Positions 27,727 through 36,828 of a DNA stretch of 64,000 nucleotides are shown one piece after another. The notes below the pieces were generated by a model. The model did no database searches, was not told the DNA's origin, and saw nothing but the letters and a program-made list of their open reading frames with translations. Each line of letters begins with the position of its first letter. Position 1 is the first letter of the stretch. The stretch is from an archaeon GW2011_AR5. Its GTDB lineage: Archaea > Aenigmatarchaeota > Aenigmatarchaeia > GW2011-AR5. Location: assembly GCA_000806115.1 (NCBI GenBank), contig JWKQ01000001.1, positions 368,915-432,914 of the forward strand. The letters run 5' to 3'. The position numbers were made by a program, and so were the translations under genes.

Positions 27727-28098
27727 CTACGCAGTTCCCGCCGGTGCCGGAGCTTCGTCGCGGTTTATCTTCACCGAGGACGGCGTGATGAGAAGCCATT
27801 CGTCGCCAACGCCCGCCAGGTCGCCCTGAAAGACTGCCGCGGACGTCTTTATCTTGGAGATGCAGTGCTTGAGCTCGTCTACGTTCTGTTCCTTGAGCTC
27901 CTTTATCCTTGCAATTACAATGCTGCCGGTCCGGACCTTCTTTATTACTCGGTCGGCGTCCGACAAGCCCTCGATTTTCTCTATTATGACCTTCATCTTC
28001 TCCGAAGGCTCGACATCAATCGGCAATTCAGTGAAATCTTCCACTTTTTCCTCTATCATAGGCTGCCTTTTCCTGAAGAATCTGCTGAAAACTGACAT
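27727..28098 (-). CDS. sepF: cell-division protein SepF
   Basis: 123 aa. The central ...IEKIEGLSDADRVIKKVRTGSIVIARIKEL...DLAGVGDEWLLITP region is typical of the SepF (DUF552) fold. Confidence 0.7.
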   Translation of the reverse strand: MSVFSRFFRKRQPMIEEKVEDFTELPIDVEPSEKMKVIIEKIEGLSDADRVIKKVRTGSIVIARIKELKEQNVDELKHCISKIKTSAAVFQGDLAGVGDEWLLITPSSVKINRDEAPAPAGTA

Positions 28099-28331
28099 TT
28101 TATAGTCTCCCTTATTTTGTTAATCTTTCCCTGATCATTGAGGACTTTGAATAAAATATGCAATCCAAAGTCTTCTATTCTAGATAATAATTTCATCTAC
28201 TTAAAGCTTTCAAGAATTTTGCCGAATAATGGCGTAATTTTAACGTGATTGAAACGTGGTTGACAGTTTTGCATAAGAAAGAAAAATATCCGCAAAACAT
28301 CCTAAAGAAGTTTGCCCGTCATACTTGTCGC

Positions 28332-28454
28332 ATGGCAATTACAAACATCTCAGTCAAATCCGAGCAGAGAAAGTGCATAATGTGCGAAGGCAGCCTTGAA
28401 AAATCGAATATGGGCATGATATGCAACGACTGCAGGGACAAGATGAGGAAATAA
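28332..28454 (+). CDS. zinc-ribbon microprotein (40 aa)
   Basis: MAITNISVKSEQRKCIMCEGS...ICNDCRDKMRK (CxxC...CxxC). Internal ATG of track ORF 28245..28454. Confidence 0.35.
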   Translation: MAITNISVKSEQRKCIMCEGSLEKSNMGMICNDCRDKMRK

Positions 28455-28550
28455 TGCCGAGGAAGGAAAATGGCTGGCGAGCTTTGCTCGCATTCGGCTG
28501 CTTCCTAAGGCTTTACCATCCTTAGGTCGCTACGCCCCTTTTATAGCGAA

Positions 28551-28697
28551 CCAAGTTATGAAATGCTCCTAATAACCCGCACCTAAAGGTGCGGGTTTCA
28601 TGGGAGCATAGCATCCAGAATGCATTGAGTTTCATCTGCCGCATAAATGCGGCAGTTTTCAATGCATTCTCGGATAATATCCAGATTCTTTACTTGG
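28551..28697 (+). repeat. family-1 multi-hairpin intergenic element, copy B (minimal form)
   Basis: Outer stem ccaagt (28551) / acttgg (28692). P1 atgctcc (28563) / ggagcat (28603) around TAATA and hairpin 28575-28596. P2 atccagaatgcattga (28613) / tcaatgcattctcggat (28659) around hairpin 28636-28655. Confidence 0.8.
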
Positions 28698-28716
28698 TCA
28701 GCTATATTCAACTCTT

Positions 28717-29649
28717 CTAGAAAAAATTCAGCAGCAGCTTCGAGCGGCTGCGGCCGATGCCGAATTTTTCCTGCATATATTCGGCGCGTTTTTTCATCGC
28801 ATCCTCAGTCTTCCCTGTAATCAAGAGGAAAGCTGCATCGTTCCTGAGACTCTCCAAGTACTTTTCAAAATCATGCCTGCTGTGCGTCATGACAAAATGA
28901 ATCGCGCCTTTCAGCTGGCTGTCCGAAAGAAAGCCCTGGCTTCGCCACCGCTTGAACAGAAAGAGGGAATTCTTGCCCTTTTCATCCGTGAGATAATCCG
29001 TCTCGTCCTCGCTTTCAGCATTACTGATGTTTTCATCGAGTCCGTCCATTATAGCCGTCGCGCGCCTCTCGCCGAGCACCGAATTCAATAAGCTAAGCGC
29101 GTCGAACTCAAATATTTTCTCCTCGTCAGCTGACGCGTGGCGTTCTTGCTCCACCAGTCTCACGATTTTCACGTCAAGCCCGACAAGCCTGGAAAGGAGC
29201 AGGAACATTTTCTGGCTTGGCGAAAGTTCGTCATAAAGCACGTACGCCAGGTTCCACTTCCCGTTTTTCAGCAGCACCAGGTCAGGGAAGCCTGGGTCGC
29301 CGGTATACGAGCAGAACCTGCAGAGCGTCAGCAGAAGTTTCACGTCAGCTTCCGGAACGATACCGAGCAAGTCAGTGCAGTATTCGCGCTTCGCTTCGGT
29401 TATGACAGATTTTCCGAGCTTCACCTTGATGTACTCGTCGCAGAAGAGCCTGTCGGTGTCATAAAAAAACATGCAGAAATTATCCTCGAAATCCGCCCCC
29501 TCATAGACTGCAAAGCCGAGAGACTCGAAAGAGCGCTTCGCCAGTCGCACGGCTGAAAAAGCTGAGAAGTTGTCTATCAGTGTGATGTCCACCGAGGGCG
29601 TTATAGTTTTTACCGGAAAACAAAGCTTCTCCGTGAGACTGATTTCCAT
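28717..29649 (-). CDS. VRR-NUC-like domain protein (310 aa)
   Basis: GFPDLVLLKNGKWNLAYVLYDELSPSQKMFL resembles the VRR-NUC core (G.PDL...EVK...LS..Q), but the EVK triad is not conserved. Confidence 0.45.
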   Translation of the reverse strand: MEISLTEKLCFPVKTITPSVDITLIDNFSAFSAVRLAKRSFESLGFAVYEGADFEDNFCMFFYDTDRLFCDEYIKVKLGKSVITEAKREYCTDLLGIVPEADVKLLLTLCRFCSYTGDPGFPDLVLLKNGKWNLAYVLYDELSPSQKMFLLLSRLVGLDVKIVRLVEQERHASADEEKIFEFDALSLLNSVLGERRATAIMDGLDENISNAESEDETDYLTDEKGKNSLFLFKRWRSQGFLSDSQLKGAIHFVMTHSRHDFEKYLESLRNDAAFLLITGKTEDAMKKRAEYMQEKFGIGRSRSKLLLNFF

Positions 29650-29673
29650 ATGTGATTTTCTAAATTACAGTTT

Positions 29674-30171
29674 TTAATGCTTGACTCTGCGTCGCAATTC
29701 TCTTGCAAGTGCTGCAATCTCCGCCGGGGTTTTCACGGAGTCAATCAAAAAATTAATTCCTGTATCAGACGGCTGTTCCATCGCATAAACCCGGAGGTTT
29801 TTTCCGCAGGCGTATCCAATATCAATGGCGCTGTTTGTGCCGACATAACCCCCAGGATTCACCACGTAAGCAATATCAGCCATGGATATTCTGATAAGGT
29901 GTGTTTCTGTATTATGGCGCTCGCTGATATCTTGTGCACGCGTCTCCCAGAAAGCGTCGTAAAGCCTTGGATTGGCAGGGTCCCTGAAATAAGGCCATGG
30001 GACCAAACCATGCACATCGGACCTTCCAAATTCCTCATATATTTCGAGCATTTTTTCATAGAACCTTAAGCTACCTATCAGAACAACTTTTGTCCAACCG
30101 CTTCTGGAAACGGCTGTTTCTGCCAAATGTGGCGGTACATGACTTCCTGTCATAAAAGGCTTTTGATGCAA
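29674..30171 (-). CDS. nucleoside 2-deoxyribosyltransferase-like protein
   Basis: VVLIGS... and ADIAYVVNPGGYVGTNSAIDIGYACGKNLRVYA resemble the NDT-family core (D.GT..E.GYA..GK.V), with Asp in place of Glu. Confidence 0.5.
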   Translation of the reverse strand: MHQKPFMTGSHVPPHLAETAVSRSGWTKVVLIGSLRFYEKMLEIYEEFGRSDVHGLVPWPYFRDPANPRLYDAFWETRAQDISERHNTETHLIRISMADIAYVVNPGGYVGTNSAIDIGYACGKNLRVYAMEQPSDTGINFLIDSVKTPAEIAALARELRRRVKH

Positions 30172-30191
30172 AATTTCTTATAGACTCTGAC

Positions 30192-31784
30192 CTAGCTCTT
30201 CTTCAGCTTAATCCTGTATTCCAGCTTCTTCACGCTGCCTTCCAGCTCCTGCTTTACCTTCACAGGATACCTGAACGTGAAGAACAGCGTGTTTTTCACG
30301 CCGTGCGCAGGCTCCACCGCCATGCTCTGCCAGAAGACGTACCTGATGGGCGCGAGTGCCGTCTGCTTGACGTCGATTTCCCTTATCTTGGGCAGTATGG
30401 AAAGCACAGCCAGCCTCAGCAGGAAAGATATCAGGAACAAAATCTGCAGGCCTGTCAGCCATCCAAACTGCGCCGACACCAGGCTTTCCGCCAATACGCC
30501 CCCCGCAAGCGCGCCAAGGATTGTTCCCCAGCCGGCGAAGAAGTTGTTGTTCGCAACATACTGCGGCCTCTTGTTTGCGGGAGTTATGTCAAGAAGGTAG
30601 TTGAACACCACCAGGTCCATGCCCGCCCAGATGAACCCGTCGAACATCTTGAGCAGCGTTATCTGCCAGACGTTCGAGACAAAGAGCCAGAAAAGCGGGG
30701 TGAAGCATGCAAAGAATCCGGTTACGACAAGGATCTTCCTTGACCCGAACTTGTCGTTCAGGCGGCCCCAGTAGCGAAACGCGAATATGCGCGTGAGCGC
30801 GCCAATTACGGTTATGACTGCAAACCAGAAGTAGCTTATGTTGAGGTCCTTTAGCATGTATACTGTATAGAATGGCGACGCCACCTCGACGGCGAAGTTC
30901 ATGAAGAAAAGGTACACGGTGAATATTACCAGGGCCTTGTTCACTGAAAGCGACCGCCTCCATTCGCGGGGCTTGAGGTTGATTTCATGCCTGTAATGGA
31001 AAACCCCCCTGAACTGCGGCTCGTACATGCGGATGAAAAAAAAGACTGATATTATGCTCAGCAACACTGCCGCCGCGAAAATCACCGGAAACCCGTACTC
31101 GGCAACCATTATGCCCGCTACTATTGTGGCAGCTATTCCGGCGACGCCCGTTATCATGTTACGCATGCCAAAATATTTCCCGCGTATGCTGAGCGGCACA
31201 AGGTCGCCCATCAGGCTTGCCCATGCAGGCGAGCGGAGCCCTGAGAAAAAGGCGATGACTGCCATCAGAACAATTAGAACCGTCACAGGGCTGTCCAGCG
31301 GGAGAAATGGAAGGAAGATGATGGGCACCCACAATATAATCTTGCTCATCAGCTGCGAGAGCATCCAGATGCCCTTCCTGGAATAGCGTTCCGTCATGCG
31401 TGCGCCGGGAATCTGCGCCACCGTGTGCGCAAGGCTTTGCACGGCGGACAGCACGCCTATCTCCGAGTTTGTAGCTTTCAGCGCGAGCGCCAGCGGCGTC
31501 ACGAACGTGCTTGTTATGCTTGTTGAAGCGGCATTGAACATGCCTTCGCTGGTTGAAGCGCGAAGGCTTCTTGACACCAGCTTCTCATGAAGCTGTTTTT
31601 TTGAAATCCTGGGCTTTGCCGGCGGCTTTTTTGACAGTTTAGCCGATTTTGTGGGAAAATATGACTTGAAAGCAGGCTGCTTTGACGGCTGCGCCTTATG
31701 GGGCGATTTGGCAGCGAATCCCGGGGGCTTGATTATCAATCCAGTCTTCCTGTCGATGATTCGCTTGTCTTTCGTTTCTGCCAT
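30192..31784 (-). CDS. MFS transporter with about 80-aa basic N-terminal extension
   Basis: 530 aa, 12+ TM segments, MFS-like loop motifs (GRLNDKFGSRK). Confidence 0.75.
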   Translation of the reverse strand: MAETKDKRIIDRKTGLIIKPPGFAAKSPHKAQPSKQPAFKSYFPTKSAKLSKKPPAKPRISKKQLHEKLVSRSLRASTSEGMFNAASTSITSTFVTPLALALKATNSEIGVLSAVQSLAHTVAQIPGARMTERYSRKGIWMLSQLMSKIILWVPIIFLPFLPLDSPVTVLIVLMAVIAFFSGLRSPAWASLMGDLVPLSIRGKYFGMRNMITGVAGIAATIVAGIMVAEYGFPVIFAAAVLLSIISVFFFIRMYEPQFRGVFHYRHEINLKPREWRRSLSVNKALVIFTVYLFFMNFAVEVASPFYTVYMLKDLNISYFWFAVITVIGALTRIFAFRYWGRLNDKFGSRKILVVTGFFACFTPLFWLFVSNVWQITLLKMFDGFIWAGMDLVVFNYLLDITPANKRPQYVANNNFFAGWGTILGALAGGVLAESLVSAQFGWLTGLQILFLISFLLRLAVLSILPKIREIDVKQTALAPIRYVFWQSMAVEPAHGVKNTLFFTFRYPVKVKQELEGSVKKLEYRIKLKKS

Positions 31785-31837
31785 ACGAGGTTATAGATTA
31801 TTCCCGAGCTAATAAAGATTTGGAATTAATTAACTTT

Positions 31838-32149
31838 ATGCCTCTGATTTTTGTCTATGTCACAAACCCGAACAGGAAGGAAGCAAAAAAACTTGCAGTC
31901 CACCTGATAAAGAAAAAACTGGCGGCGTGCGCAAACATCTTTCCTATTGACAGCGTATATCCATGGAAGGGAAAAATAGCGGAAGAGAAGGAATTCGTTC
32001 TGGTTCTCAAGACGAAAAACAGAAACTATGCGAAGATTGCAAGGGAAGTCGAGAACATGCATTCTTACGACATTCCGTGCATCATCAAGATACCAATAAA
32101 AGCCAATAAAAAATACGGAGAATGGCTGGAAAGCTGTCTAAAGCAATAA
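31838..32149 (+). CDS. cutA: divalent-cation tolerance protein CutA
   Basis: IFVYVT.P...A..LA..L..KKLAACANI...SVY.WKGKI is the CutA1 signature. ATG at 31838 lies within the track ORF. Confidence 0.8.
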   Translation: MPLIFVYVTNPNRKEAKKLAVHLIKKKLAACANIFPIDSVYPWKGKIAEEKEFVLVLKTKNRNYAKIAREVENMHSYDIPCIIKIPIKANKKYGEWLESCLKQ

Positions 32150-32217
32150 ATATCCTGGGCTAAAGCTTGATGTATTTTGTGCGAAGCAATAAATAATAGC
32201 AAAACAAATAATCGACA

Positions 32218-33507
32218 ATGAAAATACTCCCAGTAGCGTTCGCTTTTATCCTTCTTTCATCCATGGCGCTTGCCCAGCAAGTCGACAAAGCCATCCTTGT
32301 TTCAGACACGACTTCTGCGGACATGCTCATCGCAAAAGTGGCAAGCCAGAAATCAGGCGCTCCGGTATTCGTGCTTGAGAACGGCACGCTTACAGACGAC
32401 GTCAGGACGGAGCTTGCCGGACTTGACATAAAAACCGTAATATTAATCGGCGGCCCGGCCGTAATCGGCAATTCAACTGAAGCGGAGCTTGAACGAACCT
32501 ACACTGTAATCAGGCTGTGGGGGCACGAAAGAACCGGAACTGCCGTGGAAGTCGCCAAATATTTCTGGACGGAAGCGCAATGCGCGGTCCTGGCTGACGA
32601 CACAAAAGACAGCGAGGCGGACACGGAGCTGCAGACAGATGCGGTGCAAATGGCTGTCACAGACGGCTGCATATTTATTCCGGTTCCAGCCGGAAGAATA
32701 CCGTCCGAAACCGCCGCGCTAATCGGCGACCTCGGGGTTGGCCGCGCGACGTTTGTCGGGCTCTCTAACAGCGAATTCAGGTCGAAATTCTCCCAGATGG
32801 AGAGAAGAGAAATAAGCGACAGGGCTGCGCGTCAGGCGGCGGTGCTTGAAAAGCTGAGAAACAAAACAACGGAGCTGCGGCTGATTATAATAGCAGCCCC
32901 TCACTGGAAGCATGTCTTGAGCTATGGAAGCGACGGGAAGCGGCATGCGCTAGTCCGTATCGTTTCATCGGAGAACACTCAGAATCTTGTTGAACTGATA
33001 AATGAACAGAACATCACGGATGTCCGCGTGCTCGGGCATCCCGCCCTTGCGGCATCAATAACTGCAAACCTGCAGGCAGCCGGCATTAATGCGACGAAGA
33101 TTTCAGGCGAGCGGGCGAGCGAGGTTGCGATAAACGCCACCAGGGAAAGCTGGAGCGAATGGCAGCAGCGAAGAAAAGAGGCTTTTGACAACGAGACAAA
33201 CGTGTTCGCAAAGAGCAAAATCAAAAGACAAGTCAACGCTTTGCTTACCAGGCTGGAGCGCGAACTGAACCGTCTTGAAGCAAACAACAACAGCGCGAAC
33301 CAGACGGCTGCGGCGCTGCTGCAAAAAAGGATAGACAGCGCACAGAGCCAATTAGGCGCGGTGCGCGATTACATAAACAATGATAATCTTGACACGGCAA
33401 AAAGAAGAATAGCAAGGCTTTACAGCGATGTCATGAAGATAAGATGGCTTTACAGGATGCAGCTGAACGTTGACTCGAGAAGCGAGGTTGCTGCAGAGGA
33501 AAGCTGA
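32218..33507 (+). CDS. secreted protein with three cell-wall-binding-repeat-2-like modules and a coiled-coil tail
   Basis: Signal peptide MKILPVAFAFILLSSMALAQQ. Repeats of the form ...ADMLIAKVASQKSGAPVFVL...VILIGGPAVIG resemble PF04122-type repeats. Confidence 0.6.
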   Translation: MKILPVAFAFILLSSMALAQQVDKAILVSDTTSADMLIAKVASQKSGAPVFVLENGTLTDDVRTELAGLDIKTVILIGGPAVIGNSTEAELERTYTVIRLWGHERTGTAVEVAKYFWTEAQCAVLADDTKDSEADTELQTDAVQMAVTDGCIFIPVPAGRIPSETAALIGDLGVGRATFVGLSNSEFRSKFSQMERREISDRAARQAAVLEKLRNKTTELRLIIIAAPHWKHVLSYGSDGKRHALVRIVSSENTQNLVELINEQNITDVRVLGHPALAASITANLQAAGINATKISGERASEVAINATRESWSEWQQRRKEAFDNETNVFAKSKIKRQVNALLTRLERELNRLEANNNSANQTAAALLQKRIDSAQSQLGAVRDYINNDNLDTAKRRIARLYSDVMKIRWLYRMQLNVDSRSEVAAEES

Positions 33508-33509
33508 AA

Positions 33510-33872
33510 CTATTTCTTATCGGGCTTTTCAGGGACAAAAGTGAACAGCACACAGTCCTTGCCGTGAGGCATCGCTTTTCCGTAGAATACTCCCGCAGGC
33601 TTATAGCCCATGTCCGCAAGCCTTGCCTCAACAAATGTTGCGTCAGAATATCTGCTTGGCATCCTGAGGTAAGTTTCTCCATCTATAATGTAAGGAGAGA
33701 AATCATCCGGTCTCTTATATTCTATAAAATCCTCAGGCTTCTCGAACACGAGAGCTACCGGTATCCTGCGCCTCCCGGAAGCCTGCACTATAGCGTCCAA
33801 AACTTCATCAGTGTCCGCAAGAATCCAATCTTCAATTATCACCGGATTTGCCTTAAGCCCGTCAGCATCCAT
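33510..33872 (-). CDS. hypothetical protein (120 aa)
   Basis: Track ORF. No motif recognised. Confidence 0.5.
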   Translation of the reverse strand: MDADGLKANPVIIEDWILADTDEVLDAIVQASGRRRIPVALVFEKPEDFIEYKRPDDFSPYIIDGETYLRMPSRYSDATFVEARLADMGYKPAGVFYGKAMPHGKDCVLFTFVPEKPDKK

Positions 33873-33939
33873 AGAGAAAATTTTGTCGTGAAGCTTAAAT
33901 GCTGCCGTCTGAAGACCGGTGTAATTATTTGCTTAAAAA

Positions 33940-34566
33940 CTATTTTCCAAGAACCCTTCTCGTGGTCCTGAAGTGGCGCTTCGCTACAAAATCGAGCACA
34001 TCCCCGCCGTGCTTTGCGACGAGATGCTTCGCCGACTCTTCCACATGAGTTGCGCCCTTCGGCAAAGAGTAGCCGATTTCCATCGACAGCATCTTGAGCG
34101 TGCGCAGGAATTCGGCTCTTGCCAGCACTGACGCTGCTGCCACAGCCGGGTCGCTTTCCGCGCGAATTTTCTGGATTATCTTCGCCTTTCTGCCGTTCTC
34201 GAAAAGCGTCTTCTTGAGGAAGCTTTCCTCGCCGAACTTGTCGGTCACCACGAAATCAACCCGGTTTTTTTGCAGCATGTTTTCTATCACCCTTGCATGG
34301 CCCCAGGCTAGCATCTTGTTCAGGCTCTTGAATTTCTTGTAGAGAGAATTGTATTTCTCGGGCGAGATTCTGACTATGTCGAACTTGCAGATTTTTTTAA
34401 TTTTTGTGGCGAGCCTGGCCGCTGCCGAATCTGATAAAACTTTCGAGTCCTTCACGCCAAGCTCCCTCAGCTTTGCCGCTGTCACGTCGTCAGCTATGAC
34501 CGCCGCGACCACGAGGTACCCGAAATAATCCCCCTTTCCGGACTCGTCAACGCCCATCCATTTCAT
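33940..34566 (-). CDS. RNase H, type 2, with RNase HIII-type motifs (no N-terminal domain)
   Basis: GVDESGKGDYFGYLVVAAV, GVKDSKVLSD, DKFG and RAESDPAVAAASVLARAEF match the RNase HIII catalytic-domain signatures. Confidence 0.75.
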   Translation of the reverse strand: MKWMGVDESGKGDYFGYLVVAAVIADDVTAAKLRELGVKDSKVLSDSAAARLATKIKKICKFDIVRISPEKYNSLYKKFKSLNKMLAWGHARVIENMLQKNRVDFVVTDKFGEESFLKKTLFENGRKAKIIQKIRAESDPAVAAASVLARAEFLRTLKMLSMEIGYSLPKGATHVEESAKHLVAKHGGDVLDFVAKRHFRTTRRVLGK

Positions 34567-34709
34567 AAATAATAATTGTGCATCTTACTACTAAAATCTG
34601 CCTGCGCCTGCACTTAATCCATCTGTTTCACACACAGATATGGCTAAATACAAGGCAAACACAACGTCTCCGTTCAACCTTTTTATTGTTCAAAGAAAAT
34701 AGCTTATCT

Positions 34710-35048
34710 ATGGGACTTGTTAATTTCATACTCAGGAGGCGCGACGCATACTCGCTGAGGAAAGAGTATGACAGGCTGAGGGAACACACCGACAAAATAC
34801 ACAAGATAGACCAGCGGCTTGAGATACTGCGTATGCTGGATCAGGTGGAGCCGTCGATAATATCCCTTGAGGAGCACCACATGTCCAATTACGAGAAGAA
34901 GAAAATCTTCAGCTATGTCAGCGCGCAGCTCAGGAAGGCAAAATTCATGATAAACGAGACGAAAAAATCAAAGCGACAAGACGCAGAGCGTCATTCACCA
35001 GATGAGTTTAAAAATTTTAAAGACGAAGAACATAGAAGTTTACATTGA
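34710..35048 (+). CDS. hypothetical charged/coiled-coil protein (112 aa)
   Basis: ATG at 34710 (MGLVNF...) inside track ORF 34578..35048. Confidence 0.4.
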   Translation: MGLVNFILRRRDAYSLRKEYDRLREHTDKIHKIDQRLEILRMLDQVEPSIISLEEHHMSNYEKKKIFSYVSAQLRKAKFMINETKKSKRQDAERHSPDEFKNFKDEEHRSLH

Positions 35049-35065
35049 TTTTTGTAACGTTAATA

Positions 35066-35182
35066 ATGATGAAGCTCCTCATAGGTCGCTGTTCCCAGTG
35101 CAAGAAGATAAGGCTGGTCGACAGGTCAAAGGGAAACAACGTCTGCTTTGCGTGCAAGCAGAAAAGAAAGAAGAAGGTATGA
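35066..35182 (+). CDS. zinc-ribbon microprotein (38 aa)
   Basis: My own translation gives MMKLLIGRCSQCKKIRLVDRSKGNNVCFACKQKRKKKV. Confidence 0.35.
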   Translation: MMKLLIGRCSQCKKIRLVDRSKGNNVCFACKQKRKKKV

Positions 35183-35184
35183 TT

Positions 35185-35403
35185 CTACGTGCGCGGTTCC
35201 TGATTTTTAGATGATGTTTTTACAGTTCGTCTGGTCTCGAAATTGTAAACGCGGTATTCATTGACGCCCCAGGGACCCCGTACCAGTTCCGCATCATAGG
35301 TTTTTGAGATGGCATTGATGTCGCTATCTGTCATGGGTGTGGTTTTTCTCATTACCATCTTTTTGTCGACATAAATGAGATTTACAAAATCCATCTTTAC
35401 CAA
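35185..35403 (-). CDS. hypothetical protein (72 aa)
   Basis: Track ORF. Confidence 0.4.
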   Translation of the reverse strand: MVKMDFVNLIYVDKKMVMRKTTPMTDSDINAISKTYDAELVRGPWGVNEYRVYNFETRRTVKTSSKNQEPRT

Positions 35404-35478
35404 TGTTTCATGTAAAACCCTCTATTTTAACATTTGCTTAGCTGTGTTATTGGGGATCACATTGTTATCTTGATATCA

Positions 35479-35621
35479 CATCTTCTTTGTTAGAAGATGG
35501 GACCCCGAATGCGCCTCTAATACATGATGAAGCTTCGCTTCACCTGTACAGAAAGAACTTCGTTCTTTCATGTGCATGCCGTCTAAAGACGGCAGTTTCA
35601 GGCACATTCAAGATAATTATC
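35479..35621 (+). repeat. family-1 multi-hairpin intergenic element, copy D
   Basis: P1 catcttc/gaagatg with loop tttgtta. P2 cgaatgcgcc (35506) / ggcacattc (35601) encloses TCTAATA and three hairpins (TTC, TTC and TAAA loops). Near-identical to copy E. Track ORF 35487..35681 lies inside and is rejected. Confidence 0.8.
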
Positions 35622-35662
35622 AGGGTCAAAATGTGCCACTTTAAAGTTATAAAAGTTTTTCG

Positions 35663-36793
35663 ATGTCAATTATTCTCATGAAAAAGCGAAATGTATGCAT
35701 CGGCACAACAGCCTTAATGGCAATGAGCCTTTTCTCACCAATTGTCGAGGCGCAAAACAGAGCACCTCAGGGACGTGCAGTACCTAGAGCAGGAAACGCG
35801 GCTGTACCGAGGACTGCACCGCCTGCTCAGCACGCAGTTCCAAGAAGCGGCTGGGAACGGTTTGCCGTTGATGCAGGTTCAAGGGAATTCCAGCTGCACG
35901 TACGCTACGAGCGCGGCATGCCTTATTTCAATAACACATGGGGATTTTTCTATTATTCCGGTCCTACAAGATTCTGGGTTCCAAACTGGTGCTTTCCGGG
36001 CATAAGCTATGGAGAGGCTGTATCCAGGCAGTTCGTAAACGTATCAAGGCGTGGATATCCGGTCGGCGCAGGAAAAATGCGCGTGCCGGGCGGGAGTTAT
36101 GTTTACAATGCATGGGGGCAGATGGTTCCGGCAGAGCCTGCAATACATGCGGGAGACCAGAGTCCGGTAAACAACAGCGGAACTGTCATTTACAACAATC
36201 TTGAGGAAACAGCGCGACTTAGCGGCGAGAACGAAACACTCAGGAGGGAAAACGCAGAACTGAGGGAAAAGGAAGCAGAACGCAGAGGGTACGAACTTGG
36301 ACTTGCTGAGTCGCAGCGTGGGGCGACAACACAGCAACCTCCTGTGACGCAACAGGCGCCGCCACAGGCAGCCGAACCGGTATCGCAACCAAAAAATACT
36401 GAGCAGAGAATTACCGTCAGTCAAAGGTACGGCGGAAAGATAGACAAAGGACAATATGATGATGAAGGAATTACCACACTGAACGGAATGTTTGATGCAA
36501 TGCGAATGCTTACGGACGGGCGGATCAACCTTTATCCTTTTGACATAGGCGGCGAACGGCTCGAAATAAGAGACGGAAACGACAAGTTTTCAAGGCGCGG
36601 TGTCATAGACATGTCAAGATATGCGAACTGCATGGAACCTTCATCACTCCAGAACCTTTTGTTCTCCGACTTGACAAGGGCGGTCGATATGAGCAACTAT
36701 CCCGGCATTGTAACAAGAGCAAGGGCGGCGCTTGATTTTCAAGTTGCAAGAGACAGCAACGGCAATGTATATACCGCCTCAACCTGCAGGTAA
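35663..36793 (+). CDS. secreted protein (376 aa) with central coiled-coil/Q-P-rich linker
   Basis: Signal-peptide-like MKKRNVCIGTTALMAMSLFSPIVEA. No catalytic motif recognised. Confidence 0.55.
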   Translation: MSIILMKKRNVCIGTTALMAMSLFSPIVEAQNRAPQGRAVPRAGNAAVPRTAPPAQHAVPRSGWERFAVDAGSREFQLHVRYERGMPYFNNTWGFFYYSGPTRFWVPNWCFPGISYGEAVSRQFVNVSRRGYPVGAGKMRVPGGSYVYNAWGQMVPAEPAIHAGDQSPVNNSGTVIYNNLEETARLSGENETLRRENAELREKEAERRGYELGLAESQRGATTQQPPVTQQAPPQAAEPVSQPKNTEQRITVSQRYGGKIDKGQYDDEGITTLNGMFDAMRMLTDGRINLYPFDIGGERLEIRDGNDKFSRRGVIDMSRYANCMEPSSLQNLLFSDLTRAVDMSNYPGIVTRARAALDFQVARDSNGNVYTASTCR

Positions 36794-36828
36794 TTATCAG
36801 AAATACGAATTGCTCGAGGATTTCATGT

